64,000 nucleotides of DNA from an uncultured Acidobacteriota bacterium (GCA_963764715.1 CAVXTP010000021.1:192001-256000), one strand, 5' to 3'. Positions 10,583 to 21,985 are shown, numbered from the stretch's first letter. Translations and numbers: made by a program. Notes: generated from the sequence alone by a model not told the origin.

Positions 10583-13237
10583 ATGACGCTCGCCGCTGGA
10601 GCGAAGCTCGGGCCTTACGAGGTCCTCGCGCCGATCGGGGCGGGGGGGATGGGGGAGGTCTACAAGGCGAAGGACACGCGGCTGGGGCGGGACGTCGCGG
10701 TCAAGGTCCTTCCCGCGCACATGTCGGCCAACGCCGAGCTGCGGCAGCGGCTGGAGCGCGAGGCGAAGACGATCTCGTCGCTCTCGCATCCCCACATCTG
10801 CATGCTCCACGACGTCGGGCACCAGGACGGCACGGACTACCTCGTCATGGAGTTCCTGGAGGGGGAAACGCTGGCGGACCGGCTGGCGAAGGGCGCTCTT
10901 CCGATGGATCAGGCCTTGAAGTTCGGAGTCGAGATCGCCGGCGCGCTCGACGCGGCGCACCGGAGCGGGATCATTCACCGGGACCTGAAGCCCGGCAACA
11001 TCATGCTGACGAAGTCGGGCGTGAAGCTGCTCGACTTCGGGCTCGCGAAGCTCGCGGCTCCCGACAAGAGCGCCGCTTCCCAGGCGACGAGCCTGCCGAC
11101 GGCCATGCAGGAGAGCCAGCCCCTCACGTCGCGGGGGACGATCCTCGGGACGTTCCAGTACATGGCGCCGGAGCAGCTCGAAGGCAGGGAAGCGGACGCG
11201 CGGAGCGACATCTTCGCCTTCGGCTGCGTGCTCTACGAGATGCTCTCGGGGCAGAAGGCCTTCACGGGCAAGAGCCAGGCCTCGCTGATCGGGTCGATCA
11301 TGAACACCGACCCGCCGCCGATCTCGTCGATCCAGCCGATGATCCCGCCGGCGCTGGACCGGGTCGTCAAGGGCTGCCTCGCGAAGGAGCCGGAGCACCG
11401 CTGGTCGACGGCGCACGACGTGATGCTGCAGCTGCAGTGGGTCGCCGAGGGCGGGTCGGCCGCCGGGCTTCCGGCGCCCGTCGCCGCGCGCCGCAAGAGT
11501 CGCGAGAGGCTGGCCTGGGGCGTCGCGGCCGCGCTGCTGCTCGCCGCCGCGGCGCTCGCCTACGGCTTCGTCCGCCGGGCGCCGAAGCCGCCCCGCGTGG
11601 TGCGGTTCGAAGTCGCGATTCCTCCCGACATCACGGCCATCGATGCTCCCAAGATCTCGCCGGACGGCAAGTTGCTGGCGTTCAACGCCACCGACAAGGA
11701 CGGGAAGACTCGGATCTGGCTCCGGCCGCTCAATGCGCTGACGGCGCAGCCGCTGGCGGGGACCGAGGGGACACGGCGGCCGTTCTGGTCCCCCGACAGC
11801 CGGTTTCTCGCCTTCGTCGCCGACGGGAAGCTGAAGAAAGTGGACGTCACCGGCGGCCCGCCCACCAAGATCTGCGATGCGCCGACCGGAGTCGACGGGA
11901 CCTGGAGCCCCGAAGGCGTCATCCTCTTCGACGGAACGGGTCCGGATCCGATCCATCGCGTCAGCGCCGCCGGCGGAACGGCGGTCGTGGCGGTCAAGCC
12001 GGATCCGGCCCGCAAGGATTTCCAGATCGGCTGGCCGGAGTTCATGCCCGACGGGCGCCACTTCATTTACCTCGCCATCAATCAGAAGCCCGAGGACAGC
12101 GGGTATCGCATCGCTTCGATCGACTCGTCCGAGACGAAGCCGTTCGCTCCGGCCCAGACGATGCTCGCGTATGCGCCCCAGGGATATCTCCTCTTCGTCC
12201 GGGACAAGACGCTCGTGGCCCAGCCCTTCGATGCGAAGGCGATGAAGACCACCGGGGAGCCCGTGCCTCTGGCCGAACAGATCGGAACCGACGCGGTGGG
12301 GCTCGCGCGCTTCTCGGTGTCGCGCGACGGCGTGCTCGCCTACCGCACCGGGGAATCCGGGAACCGGATGATCTGGCTCGATCGATCGGGCAAGGAGATC
12401 GATACGGTTGTCTCGAAAGGAGACAGCCAGGACCCGCAGTTCTCGCCCGCCGGCGACCAGCTCGCCTACGACCTCCTCGACGAACGGAGCGCAAAGTCCG
12501 ACATCTGGATTCGCGACCTGGCGAGAGGCGTGAGCTCCCGTTTCACGTTCGACTCCGTGAACGCCTACACCCCCGTGTGGACCCCCCGCGGAGACGCGAT
12601 CGTCTACGCATCGGAGCGCGAGGGCGCGCCGGGGTTGTACGAGAAGTCGATGCTCGGCCAGGGCGAGGAGAAACTTCTGCTCAAGGCCGAAGCGCTGACG
12701 GTTCCTGCCGACATCGCCCCCGATGGCTCGGCGCTGCTCTACAACGTCCGCGATCCGAAAACGAGCTGGAACATCATGGTCCTGCCGAGGACCGGCGAGG
12801 CCAAACCCGTCGCATTCCGAGCGACGCCGTTCAACGAGGGCAACGCCAACTTCTCACCGGACGGAAAGTTCATCTCGTACATCTCGAACGAGTCGGGCCG
12901 CAACGAGGTCTATGTGCAGAGCTATCCCGGCCCCGGGCGAACCTGGCAGGTCTCGACCTCCGGCGGCACCGACGCGCACTGGCGCAAGGACGGCAAGGAG
13001 CTCTACTACCGCAGCCTCGACCAGAAGCTGATGGCGGTGGACGTGCAGACGGGCGAGACGTTCCAGGCCGGGATTCCCAGGGCGCTGTTCCAGGCGCAGA
13101 TCGCCACGGGAGCCGCGAGCACGAAGTACCTTCCGGACCGGTCGGGGCAGAAGTTCCTGTTCGTCGCGCCGATGGGACGCGATGCCCTCACGCCCACGAC
13201 GGTCGTGCTGAACTGGTTTGCGGCGCTCGGTAAGTAA
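10583..13237 (+). CDS. Receptor-like Ser/Thr kinase K4
   Basis: Complete kinase motifs, TM, propeller repeats, VVLNW end. Confidence 0.95.
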   Translation: MTLAAGAKLGPYEVLAPIGAGGMGEVYKAKDTRLGRDVAVKVLPAHMSANAELRQRLEREAKTISSLSHPHICMLHDVGHQDGTDYLVMEFLEGETLADRLAKGALPMDQALKFGVEIAGALDAAHRSGIIHRDLKPGNIMLTKSGVKLLDFGLAKLAAPDKSAASQATSLPTAMQESQPLTSRGTILGTFQYMAPEQLEGREADARSDIFAFGCVLYEMLSGQKAFTGKSQASLIGSIMNTDPPPISSIQPMIPPALDRVVKGCLAKEPEHRWSTAHDVMLQLQWVAEGGSAAGLPAPVAARRKSRERLAWGVAAALLLAAAALAYGFVRRAPKPPRVVRFEVAIPPDITAIDAPKISPDGKLLAFNATDKDGKTRIWLRPLNALTAQPLAGTEGTRRPFWSPDSRFLAFVADGKLKKVDVTGGPPTKICDAPTGVDGTWSPEGVILFDGTGPDPIHRVSAAGGTAVVAVKPDPARKDFQIGWPEFMPDGRHFIYLAINQKPEDSGYRIASIDSSETKPFAPAQTMLAYAPQGYLLFVRDKTLVAQPFDAKAMKTTGEPVPLAEQIGTDAVGLARFSVSRDGVLAYRTGESGNRMIWLDRSGKEIDTVVSKGDSQDPQFSPAGDQLAYDLLDERSAKSDIWIRDLARGVSSRFTFDSVNAYTPVWTPRGDAIVYASEREGAPGLYEKSMLGQGEEKLLLKAEALTVPADIAPDGSALLYNVRDPKTSWNIMVLPRTGEAKPVAFRATPFNEGNANFSPDGKFISYISNESGRNEVYVQSYPGPGRTWQVSTSGGTDAHWRKDGKELYYRSLDQKLMAVDVQTGETFQAGIPRALFQAQIATGAASTKYLPDRSGQKFLFVAPMGRDALTPTTVVLNWFAALGK

Positions 13238-13258
13238 GACGGTTTTGAAGGAGTCTCG

Positions 13259-15916
13259 ATGACGCTCGCGGCCGGACAGCAGTTGGGCCCTTACGAAATC
13301 CTCGCGCCGGTCGGCGCGGGCGGAATGGGGGAGGTTTATCGGGCGAAAGACACGCGGCTGGGCCGCGACGTCGCGGTCAAGGTCCTGCCCGCGCACATGT
13401 CCTCCTCCGCCGAGCTGAGACAGCGGCTCGACCGCGAGGCGAAGACGATCTCGTCGCTCTCCCATGCCCACATCTGCGCGCTCTACGACGTCGGCCACCA
13501 GGACGGGACGGACTACCTCGTCATGGAGTTCCTGGAGGGCGAGACGCTGGCGGACCGGCTGGCGAGGGGCGCGCTGCCGATGGACCAGGCCCTGAAGATC
13601 GGCATCGAGATCGCGGGCGCCCTCGACGCGGCGCATCGGAGCGGCATCGTCCACCGCGACCTGAAGCCCGGCAACGTCATGCTGACCAAGTCGGGCGTGA
13701 AGCTGCTCGACTTCGGCCTCGCGAAGCTCGCGGCCCCGGACAAGAGGGCGGTCTCGCAGGCGACGAGCCTGCCGACGGCGTTGCAGGAGAGCCAGCCGCT
13801 GACGACCCGGGGCACGATCCTCGGGACGTTCCAGTACATGGCTCCCGAGCAGCTCGAAGGCGGGGAGGCGGACGCCCGGAGCGACATCTTCGCGTTCGGC
13901 TGCGTGCTGTACGAGATGCTCACGGGCCAGAAGGCCTTCACCGGCAAGAGCCAGGCGAGCCTGATCTCCTCGATCATGGGCTCCGACCCGCCGCCGATCT
14001 CCTCGATCCAGCCGATGATCCCGGCGTCGCTCGATCGGATCGTCAAGGGTTGCATCGCGAAGGAGCCCGAGCACCGCTGGTCGACGGCGCACGACGTGAT
14101 GCTGCAGCTCCAGTGGATCGCGGAGGGCGGGTCGATGGCGGGTGTGCCGGCCCCCGTCGTCGCACGGCGCAAGAACCGCGAGAAGCTCTCGTGGGCCGTC
14201 GCCGCCGTCGCCCTGATCGCCGCCGCGGCGTTCGCCTGGGGCTTCATGCGCCGGGCGCCGAAGCCGCCCGAGCTCATGCGGTTCGAGATCGCGCCGCCGC
14301 CCGATGTCACCACGATCGACGTTCCTCGGATTTCTCCCGACGGAAAGATCCTGGCGTTCGACGCCACGGACACCGAAGGGAAAGCCCGGATCTGGATCCG
14401 CCCCCTCAACGCGCTCACGGCGCAGCCGCTTCCGGGAACCGACGGCGGGGTCCGCCCCTTCTGGTCGCCCGACAGCCGCTTCGTCGGATTCGTAGCGGAG
14501 GGCGTCCTGAAGAAGATCGACGTGACCGGCGGGCCGCCCACCAAGATCTGCGACGCGCCCGGAGCCTCCGACGGAAGCTGGAGCCCGGAGGGAGTGATCC
14601 TCTTCGACGGCACGGGCGCCGACCCGATCTACCGGGTCGCGGCCGCCGGGGGCACGAAGGCCGTCGCCGTCAAGCCCGACGAGGCGAAGAAGGAAACGTC
14701 GGTCGGCTGGCCGGAGTTTCTTCCCGACGGCAAGCAGTACCTCTACATGCTGACCGGCGAGAAGGCCGAAGACAGCGCCTACTGGGTCGCGTCGATCGAC
14801 TCGGCCGAGAAAAAGAAGATTGCGCCGGCGCAGAGCCTCGTGACGTACGCGCCCCCCGGCTACCTTCTCTTCGTCCGGGACCGGACGCTCGTCGCGCAGC
14901 CCTTCGACGCGAAGGCTCTCAGGACGACGGGCGAGCCGGTCCCGCTGGCCGAAAAGATCGGCACGGACAACGTCGGGCTCGCCCGGTTCTCGGTCTCGCG
15001 CAACGGCGTGCTCGCCTACCGCACGGGGGAGTCGGGGGGCCGACTGCTCTGGCGGGACCGTTCCGGGCGCGAGCTCGAGTCGCTGGGCGATCCGGGGGCC
15101 TACGGGAACCCGGCGCTGTCTCCCGCCAGCGACCGGATCGCGTTCAATCTCGCCGACCCCCGCAGCGCCAAGGCCGACATCTGGGTCCGGGATCTGGCGC
15201 GCGGGGTCAACTCGCGCTTCAGCCTCGGGCCCGGCAATAACTTCCGGCCCCTGTGGTCCGCGGACGGCGGGTCGATCGTGTTCACGTCCGACCGGGCCGG
15301 AACGCCGGACCTCTACGAGAAGCCCGTGCGGGGCCAGGGGGCGGAGAAGCTGCTGCTCCACAGCGACGAGCCGAAGTTCGCCTCGAGCTTCAGCCCCGAT
15401 GGGCGATACATGCTCTATTCCAGCCAGAATTCGAAATCCCTCGTCGACATCTGGGCCCTGCCGACCTTCGGCGAGCGCAAGCCGATCCCGATCGCCGTCG
15501 GACCGTTCGTCGAGTTCAACGGGGTCTTCTCCCCGGACGGCCGCTTCGTCGCCTACCAGTCCGGCGAGTCGGGCCGGGCGGAAATCTACGTGCAGACGTT
15601 TCCCGACGGAGCGGGCCGCTGGCAGGTTTCCAACGGCGGCGGCACCGACGCGAGCTGGCGCGGCGACGGCAAGGAGCTCTACTACCGCTCGCCCGATCAG
15701 AAGCTCATGGCGGTCGACATCCGCACGACCGGCACGGAGCTCGAAGCCGGCATCCCGAAGCCGCTCTTTCCGATCGCCATCCGCACGGGCAACGCGCGGA
15801 ACAAGTACATTCCCTCGCGCGACGGCCAGCGCTTCCTGATCGACGCCCCCCTCGGCCGCGAGTCGATGACGCCGACGACCATCGTGCTGAACTGGTCGGC
15901 GGGCCTCGGGAAGTGA
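13259..15916 (+). CDS. Receptor-like Ser/Thr kinase K5
   Basis: AAGGAG RBS; complete kinase motifs, TM, propeller repeats, IVLNW end. Confidence 0.95.
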   Translation: MTLAAGQQLGPYEILAPVGAGGMGEVYRAKDTRLGRDVAVKVLPAHMSSSAELRQRLDREAKTISSLSHAHICALYDVGHQDGTDYLVMEFLEGETLADRLARGALPMDQALKIGIEIAGALDAAHRSGIVHRDLKPGNVMLTKSGVKLLDFGLAKLAAPDKRAVSQATSLPTALQESQPLTTRGTILGTFQYMAPEQLEGGEADARSDIFAFGCVLYEMLTGQKAFTGKSQASLISSIMGSDPPPISSIQPMIPASLDRIVKGCIAKEPEHRWSTAHDVMLQLQWIAEGGSMAGVPAPVVARRKNREKLSWAVAAVALIAAAAFAWGFMRRAPKPPELMRFEIAPPPDVTTIDVPRISPDGKILAFDATDTEGKARIWIRPLNALTAQPLPGTDGGVRPFWSPDSRFVGFVAEGVLKKIDVTGGPPTKICDAPGASDGSWSPEGVILFDGTGADPIYRVAAAGGTKAVAVKPDEAKKETSVGWPEFLPDGKQYLYMLTGEKAEDSAYWVASIDSAEKKKIAPAQSLVTYAPPGYLLFVRDRTLVAQPFDAKALRTTGEPVPLAEKIGTDNVGLARFSVSRNGVLAYRTGESGGRLLWRDRSGRELESLGDPGAYGNPALSPASDRIAFNLADPRSAKADIWVRDLARGVNSRFSLGPGNNFRPLWSADGGSIVFTSDRAGTPDLYEKPVRGQGAEKLLLHSDEPKFASSFSPDGRYMLYSSQNSKSLVDIWALPTFGERKPIPIAVGPFVEFNGVFSPDGRFVAYQSGESGRAEIYVQTFPDGAGRWQVSNGGGTDASWRGDGKELYYRSPDQKLMAVDIRTTGTELEAGIPKPLFPIAIRTGNARNKYIPSRDGQRFLIDAPLGRESMTPTTIVLNWSAGLGK

Positions 15917-15934
15917 CCCGCGTCCCGACCACGT

Positions 15935-15969
15935 TTGATGGTAATCATGATGGTAGAATCAATGCCATG
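15935..15969 (+). promoter_or_regulatory. Putative extended -10 promoter and operator of vapBC
   Basis: TG-G-TAGAAT at 15951-15959, 7 nt before ATG 15967; TGATGGTA direct repeat; imperfect inverted repeat ATGGTA-N7-TGCCAT. Confidence 0.6.
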
Positions 15970-16239
15970 AGAACAACCATCGACCGTGCCGGAAGGCTCG
16001 TGCTGCCCAAGCCGATCCGCGACGCCGCCGGCCTCGTCCCGGGCGCGGAGCTCGAAATTCGCCTCGCCGACGGACGGATCGAGATCGAGCCCGCGCCGCT
16101 CGAGGTCCGGCTCGTCAAGCGCGGCTCGCTGACGGTCGCCGTTGCGCGCAAGCGCGTCCCGCCGCTGACCGCGGAGGCCGTGCGAAAGACGCTCGACGGC
16201 CTCCGCCGCCGGGGCGCCGACATGACCCGAGTCGAGTGA
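15967..16239 (+). CDS. vapB: AbrB/MazE/SpoVT-fold antitoxin (VapB)
   Basis: MRTTIDRAGRLVLPKPIRDAAGL..GRIEIEPAP; from memory resembles mycobacterial VapB40; GTGA overlap with the PIN gene. Confidence 0.9.
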   Translation: MRTTIDRAGRLVLPKPIRDAAGLVPGAELEIRLADGRIEIEPAPLEVRLVKRGSLTVAVARKRVPPLTAEAVRKTLDGLRRRGADMTRVE

Positions 16240-16676
16240 ACTCGTACCTCCTCGACACGAGCTGCCTGGTCGCCGCGGTTTGTGAATGGCATCGCCATCA
16301 CGAGGCGACGCGCAAGGAGATCGAACGCCGTGCTGCAGCCGGTGAGACGCCGACGCTGGCGGCCCACGCGCTCGCCGAAGCCTATTCGGTCCTGACGCGC
16401 CTGCCCGATCCCCACCGCCTGCGTCCGGACGACGCGCTCGCCGTGTTGGAGGCCAACTGGAGCGAGACCCGGCTCGTCGCGCTCGGACCTGCGGACTACC
16501 GGTCGACGCTTCGCCGCTGCCGCGACGCCGGGATCGGCGGCGGTGCCGTCTACGACGCCCTGATCGCGTCGTGCGCCCGGAAGGCGCGCGTGGCGACTCT
16601 CGTCACCTGGGATGTCGGCGCCTTCGAGCGCTTTCTGGACGATGAGCCGGCCGTGCGGACACCGGAGGCCCGATGA
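16236..16676 (+). CDS. vapC: PIN-domain ribonuclease toxin (VapC)
   Basis: LLDTSCLVA, AHALAEAYSVLTRLP, GGAVYDALIA, LVTWD acidic PIN residues. Confidence 0.92.
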   Translation: MNSYLLDTSCLVAAVCEWHRHHEATRKEIERRAAAGETPTLAAHALAEAYSVLTRLPDPHRLRPDDALAVLEANWSETRLVALGPADYRSTLRRCRDAGIGGGAVYDALIASCARKARVATLVTWDVGAFERFLDDEPAVRTPEAR

Positions 16677-16744
16677 CGCTGACTCGGACTCGAGGCGGCC
16701 CGCTGCGCGGGCCGACGGACGAGAGAGGGAAAGTCGCTTTGTGA
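16673..16744 (+). other. Coupled mini-ORF (23 aa) starting like a kinase gene (MTLT..), probable remnant
   Basis: ATGACGCTG overlaps the vapC TGA, with GGAGG at 16664-16668; matches kinase starts ATGACGCT(C/G). Confidence 0.45.
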
Positions 16745-16766
16745 AACATCTCCCGAGAAATCTCAC

Positions 16767-19427
16767 ATGACGCTGTCCGCCGGAGCCAAACTCGGTCCCT
16801 ACGAGATCGTTGCCCCTATAGGCGCGGGGGGGATGGGGGAGGTTTATCGGGCCAAGGACCCGCGGCTCGGGCGCGAGGTCGCGATCAAGGTGCTGCCGAC
16901 GTCGTTTTCGCAGGACGCGGATCGGCTGCGGCGGTTCGAGCAGGAGGCCAGGGCCGCCGGCGTCCTCAATCACCCCAACATCACCGCGGTCTACGACATC
17001 GGCTCTCACGAGGGCGCTCCCTACGTCGTCCAGGAGCTTCTCGAGGGCGACACCCTGCGGGCGGAGCTCGCGAGCGGCCGGTTTGCGCCGCGCAAGGCGA
17101 TCGAGTGTGCGCGGGAGATCGCCGAGGGCCTGGCGGCGGCGCACGAGAAGGGGATCGTCCACCGCGACCTGAAGCCCGAGAACCTCTTCGTCACCCGGGG
17201 AGGCCGCATCAAGATCCTCGACTTCGGCCTGGCGAAGCTGACCGAGGTCGAGTCGGGCGGTCAGGCGACAAACCTTCCGACATCCACGCCGACCGAGCCG
17301 GGGGTCGTCATGGGGACGCTCGGCTACATGTCGCCCGAGCAGGTCAAGGGCAAGCCGGCCGACGCGCGCTCGGACATCTTCGCCTTCGGCGCGGTCCTCT
17401 ACGAAATGCTCTCGGGCAAGCGCGCGTTTCACGGTGACTCGGCCGGCGAGACGATGGCGTCGATCCTCAAGGAGGACCCGCCGGAGCTTTCCGTCACCAA
17501 CCAGAGCATTTCCCCCGGCCTCGAGCGCATCGTTCGCCACTGTCTCGAGAAGAACCCCGAGCGGCGGTTTCAGTCGTCGAGCGACATCGCGTTCGCCCTG
17601 CAGTCACTGTCGGAAGGCTCCGGCAGCGTGGTGCCCGGGGCGCTCGGACTTCGCCCCCGCCGTGTTCCCCGAGGGCTTCCCTGGGGCATCGCCGGGCTTC
17701 TCGTCGGCGCCGTCGCGGCGAGCCTCCTCATGCTCGGGAATCGGCCTTCGCGAGATTCGGCGGGCCCGCCGGTCCGCTTCGAGGTGGCCCCGCCACAGGA
17801 CCAGCGAGTCGTCAGTAACCTCGCGCTCTCGCCGGACGGAAGTCGGTTGGCCTTCATCGCCCGTGAGCCGGGCGGCTCGACGGCCCTCTGGATTCGCGCT
17901 CTCGACAATCCGGTGGCGAAAATGCTGGGCGGGACCGAGGGAGCCCTGCTCCCGTTCTGGTCGCCGGACGGCCGGTCCGTGGGCTTCTTTGCGAGCGGAG
18001 CGCTCAAGCGCGTCGCGATCTCGGGCGGTCCGCCCCAGACGCTCGCCCCCGTGACGTCCGAAGCTCGCGGTGCTTCCTGGAGCGGAGACGATCGAATCGT
18101 CTTCGCCCCGGGCTACTTCGGGCCCCTCCTCCAGGTTTCGGCCTCGGGGGGAAAGGTCACGCCGGCCACGACGATCGACAAGGGGCGAAACGAGGGCACC
18201 CATCGCTGGCCGTGGTTCCTCCCGGACGGGCGGCATTTTCTTTACTACGCCGCGGGATCCACGGGCTCGGAGCCCGGCGAGATCTTCGTGGGGGATCTCG
18301 GTTCCGGCAAGGCGAAACACCTCCTGCAGGCGAGCTCGCTCGCGGTCTACGCGTCGCCGGGGTACCTTCTGTTTACCCGCGGCAGCGGCCTGGTCGCGCA
18401 GGCGTTCGACGCCGAGGGGCTGGAGGTTCGGGGAGAAACGACACCCATTGGGGTAGACCTCCCGGCCGTTTCGGTGACGGCCGGCCTGCGAGCCCTCTCG
18501 GCTTCGCTGGGTGGAACGATCTGCTGGCGCACGCAGCCGAGCTCGACGAGCCAGCCGGTCCTGTTCGATCGCCAGGGACGCGAGATCGGCCGGCTGGCGG
18601 AACCCGCGACCTGGAACTACCCCCGCCTCTCGCCGGACGGGCAGCGGGTGGCGATGGCGCGGGCGTCGGGCGAATCGACTGTCTCCGACATCTGGACGAT
18701 CGACCTCGCGCGTAACGTCGCGACGCGAATGACGCTCGACCCGGCGGACGACGTGCTCCCGGTCTGGTCGCCCGATGGAATGCGGCTCGTCTTCAACTCC
18801 GACCGCAAGGGCGCTTCGGGAGACCTGTACGTCATGCGGGCCGACCAGCCGGGCAGCGAGGAGCTTTTCGTCGCGAGTGAATTCGCGAAAACCGCCGACA
18901 CGTGGTCGCCCGACGGCCGCTCGGTGATCTTCGAGGCCACGATCCCTCAAAACCGGCAGGACCTCTGGCTCGTTCCTCTCGAGGGGGAGCGAAAGCCGGT
19001 TCCGTACATGGAGACACGCTTCACCGAAACGAATGCCCGCTTCTCTCCCGACGGCCGGTGGGTGGCATACACCTCGGATGTCTCGGGCACCCCCGAGGTC
19101 TACGTCCGGCCCTTCCGGGAGTCCGGCGGAACGTGGAGGGTCTCGAACCGCGGCGGCCAGACACCCTCCTGGAGGCGCGACGGCCGCGAGATCTACTACC
19201 TCGCGCCCGACGGCATGCTGATGGCCGCGCCGGTCACGGGGGCCGCGCCCTTCGAGACGGGAACTCCGGCGCCGCTCTTCAAGGTCGCGGTGCCCGAGTC
19301 GCCCGATCCCCAGTATGACGTTACCCCGAACGGCGAGCGTTTCGTCGTCAACCACCGGATCTCGTCGAAGGAGGAGCCGATCAACGTGCTCGTCGACTGG
19401 GCGGCAACCCTGAAGAAACCGTCGTGA
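16767..19427 (+). CDS. Receptor-like Ser/Thr kinase K6
   Basis: [16 protein letters not shown]; [22 protein letters not shown]; propeller repeats; VLVDW end. Confidence 0.95.
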   Translation: MTLSAGAKLGPYEIVAPIGAGGMGEVYRAKDPRLGREVAIKVLPTSFSQDADRLRRFEQEARAAGVLNHPNITAVYDIGSHEGAPYVVQELLEGDTLRAELASGRFAPRKAIECAREIAEGLAAAHEKGIVHRDLKPENLFVTRGGRIKILDFGLAKLTEVESGGQATNLPTSTPTEPGVVMGTLGYMSPEQVKGKPADARSDIFAFGAVLYEMLSGKRAFHGDSAGETMASILKEDPPELSVTNQSISPGLERIVRHCLEKNPERRFQSSSDIAFALQSLSEGSGSVVPGALGLRPRRVPRGLPWGIAGLLVGAVAASLLMLGNRPSRDSAGPPVRFEVAPPQDQRVVSNLALSPDGSRLAFIAREPGGSTALWIRALDNPVAKMLGGTEGALLPFWSPDGRSVGFFASGALKRVAISGGPPQTLAPVTSEARGASWSGDDRIVFAPGYFGPLLQVSASGGKVTPATTIDKGRNEGTHRWPWFLPDGRHFLYYAAGSTGSEPGEIFVGDLGSGKAKHLLQASSLAVYASPGYLLFTRGSGLVAQAFDAEGLEVRGETTPIGVDLPAVSVTAGLRALSASLGGTICWRTQPSSTSQPVLFDRQGREIGRLAEPATWNYPRLSPDGQRVAMARASGESTVSDIWTIDLARNVATRMTLDPADDVLPVWSPDGMRLVFNSDRKGASGDLYVMRADQPGSEELFVASEFAKTADTWSPDGRSVIFEATIPQNRQDLWLVPLEGERKPVPYMETRFTETNARFSPDGRWVAYTSDVSGTPEVYVRPFRESGGTWRVSNRGGQTPSWRRDGREIYYLAPDGMLMAAPVTGAAPFETGTPAPLFKVAVPESPDPQYDVTPNGERFVVNHRISSKEEPINVLVDWAATLKKPS

Positions 19428-21985
19428 GTCTCGTCGCAGGATCGAAGCTCGGCCCCTACGAAATCCTCTCGCCGCTCGGGGCGGGCGGGATGGGAGAGGT
19501 GTACCGGGCGCGGGACGCGAAGCTCGGGCGCGACGTCGCGATCAAGGTTCTGCCCGAACGGTTCGCGGTGGATGCGGACTCGCTGGCGCGGTTCGAGCGC
19601 GAGGCCCGCGCGGTGGCGGCGCTCTCGCATCCCAACATCCTTTCGATCTTCGACTTCGGCCGGGAGGGGAACCTCGCCTACGCCGTCATGGAGCTCCTCG
19701 AAGGCGAAACGCTCCGGGCGCGCCTGTCCGCGGGAGCGCTTCCGGCGCGCAAGGCGGTCGAGATCGCCGCGCAGATCGCACGGGGGCTCGCGGCCGCGCA
19801 CGAGAAGGGCATCGTCCACCGGGACCTGAAGCCCGAAAACGTCTTCGTCCTCGAGGACGGACGGGTCAAGATCCTGGACTTCGGCCTGGCGAAGGTGGCG
19901 GCGCCACCGAGCGATGAAACGAAGTCGCCGACCGTCGCAGCCTCGTCGGCGACGGAGCCCGGCACGGTGATGGGCACCGTCGGGTACATGTCGCCCGAGC
20001 AGGTGCGCGGACTGCCCGCGGACCACCGGTCGGACATCTTCTCCTTCGGCTCGATCCTGTACGAGATGGTGACCGGCTCCCGCGCCTTTCGCGGCGACTC
20101 GGCCGCGGAGACGATGGCCGCGATCGCGCAGAAGGATCCACCGGAGATCTCGGCCGTCGGCCAGCCGCTTTCACCGGCCCTCGACCGTATCGTTCGCCAC
20201 TGCCTCGAGAAGAAACCTACCGAGCGTTTCCAGTCCGCGCGCGATCTCGCTTTCGACCTGGAGACAGTCACGACGTCCCCTGGCGTTTCGCCCGTCGCGC
20301 TGCCGCCGGCCGCGCGCTCGAGGCGGCGCCTCGTCTTCGCGACCATCGGCACGGCCGGCCTCGTTCTCGCCTACCTGCTCGGTTCCCGGGTCGGAAGCGG
20401 GCGGCGCGCGCCGGCCCGGGTGTTCCAGCAGAAGACCTACCGCGGCCAGAGCATTTTCCGCGCCCGCTTCGCTCCCGACGGCCGGACGATCGTCTACAGC
20501 GGCGCCCGCGAGGGGAGCGTGCCGGAGCTCTACTCGCTGCGTCCCGAATATCCCGAGCCGGTGTCGCTGGGATTGTCCGGGGTCCATCTTCTCTCCGTCT
20601 CGTCGGGCGGCGAGCTCGCGGTCCTGACCGGAGCGAAATACCGCGACCATCTGAACTTCGTCGGCACGCTCGCCCGCGTGCCGCTCGGGGGTGGCGCCCC
20701 GCGGGAAGTGCTCGAGAACGTCCACGACGCGGACTGGTCTCCCGACGGGTCCCAGCTCGCCGTCCTGCGCGAGGTCGGCGGGAAGGACCGCCTCGAGTTT
20801 CCGATCGGGACCGTGGTGTACGAGTACGCCGGATACCTGTCCGACATTCGTGTTTCGCCGCGCGGCGACCGGGTCGCCTTCCTCGAGCACCCCGTCCGCT
20901 ACGACAATCGCGGGTCGGCCGTGATCGTCGATCGAGCCGGGCGCCGGCTCGCCGCGTCCGACGCGTACTGGGGAGAGGAAGGGCTCGCCTGGGTTCCTGG
21001 CGGCGACGAGATCCTGTTCTCGGCCGGCAAGGGCTTGACGGAGATGGTCGTGCGTTCCCTGTCCCCCTCGGGTCGGCAACGCGTCGTCTCGCAGATCGCC
21101 GGAACGCTCCTGGTCCGCGACGTCGCCCGGGACGGGCGCTGGCTGGCCACGCGAGACGATTCCCGCCTCCGGATCTTCGGCCGGAGCCCCGGCGAGCCTG
21201 AACGGGACCTCTCGTGGCTCGAGTCGGCGATTGCGCCGGTGCTCTCACGGGACGGCCGGACGCTTCTCCTGACCGATCAGAACGCGGCGGCCGGGCCGAA
21301 CTACGCCGCCTGCCTTCGGAAGATGGACGGCTCCCCGGTCGTGAGGCTGGGGGAGGGAACGGCCCAGGACATTTCACCCGACGGTCAATCGGCGCTCGTG
21401 ATCGTGCCCTCGACTCCGCCGGACATTCGAATCTACCCGACGGGCGCCGGATCGACGAAGTCGCTCGGAAACGGGGGCCTCGAGGCTGTCAGTCGGATCC
21501 ACTGGTTTCCGGACGGCCGGTCACTCGTCGTCTGCGGAAACGAGCCGGGACGCGGAACGCGTTGTTACGTGATGGACGCCGCCGGTGGAAAGCTCCGGCC
21601 CGTGACGCCGGAAGGGGGCGCTCATGGCCTGCCTTCGCCCGACGGGAAGTTCGTCGCGGCGAGGATGCCGGATGGCCATGTGCTCTTCCCGATCGACGGC
21701 GGGCCGGCGCGGCCCCTGACGGGCCTGGCCCCGGAGGAGCGCGCGATCCGCTGGAGCCCCGACGGCGCGTCGCTCTGGGTCTCCCGCCTGCCGGCGCTTC
21801 CGGCCCGCGTGGAGAGCTACGACGTCGCCACGGGACGGCGCGAGCCGATCCTGGAGATCCTCCCGGCGGAGCGGACCGGAGTGACCGGCGTGTACGATCT
21901 GATGCTGGCGGACGATCCGAAATCGTACGTGTACCTGACCTGGCAGCTCCTCTCGTACATCTTCGTCGTGGAAGAAGCGAAATGA
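19424..21985 (+). CDS. Receptor-like Ser/Thr kinase K7 (distinct ectodomain subtype)
   Basis: GTG start overlapping K6 TGA; kinase motifs; TM; [13 protein letters not shown]-type propeller; lacks the NW C-terminal motif. Confidence 0.94.
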   Translation: MSLVAGSKLGPYEILSPLGAGGMGEVYRARDAKLGRDVAIKVLPERFAVDADSLARFEREARAVAALSHPNILSIFDFGREGNLAYAVMELLEGETLRARLSAGALPARKAVEIAAQIARGLAAAHEKGIVHRDLKPENVFVLEDGRVKILDFGLAKVAAPPSDETKSPTVAASSATEPGTVMGTVGYMSPEQVRGLPADHRSDIFSFGSILYEMVTGSRAFRGDSAAETMAAIAQKDPPEISAVGQPLSPALDRIVRHCLEKKPTERFQSARDLAFDLETVTTSPGVSPVALPPAARSRRRLVFATIGTAGLVLAYLLGSRVGSGRRAPARVFQQKTYRGQSIFRARFAPDGRTIVYSGAREGSVPELYSLRPEYPEPVSLGLSGVHLLSVSSGGELAVLTGAKYRDHLNFVGTLARVPLGGGAPREVLENVHDADWSPDGSQLAVLREVGGKDRLEFPIGTVVYEYAGYLSDIRVSPRGDRVAFLEHPVRYDNRGSAVIVDRAGRRLAASDAYWGEEGLAWVPGGDEILFSAGKGLTEMVVRSLSPSGRQRVVSQIAGTLLVRDVARDGRWLATRDDSRLRIFGRSPGEPERDLSWLESAIAPVLSRDGRTLLLTDQNAAAGPNYAACLRKMDGSPVVRLGEGTAQDISPDGQSALVIVPSTPPDIRIYPTGAGSTKSLGNGGLEAVSRIHWFPDGRSLVVCGNEPGRGTRCYVMDAAGGKLRPVTPEGGAHGLPSPDGKFVAARMPDGHVLFPIDGGPARPLTGLAPEERAIRWSPDGASLWVSRLPALPARVESYDVATGRREPILEILPAERTGVTGVYDLMLADDPKSYVYLTWQLLSYIFVVEEAK

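Noticed and set aside
16696-16714. Hairpin CGGCCCGC-TGC-GCGGGCCG as a vapBC terminator
   Set aside because: No U tract, and short GC hairpins are common at this GC content
21214-21981. N-terminal extensions in the ORF track (also 26740, 37710, 40941, 47442, 52405, 56546)
   Set aside because: They overlap upstream genes; true starts are marked by conserved N-termini, RBS or ATGA coupling
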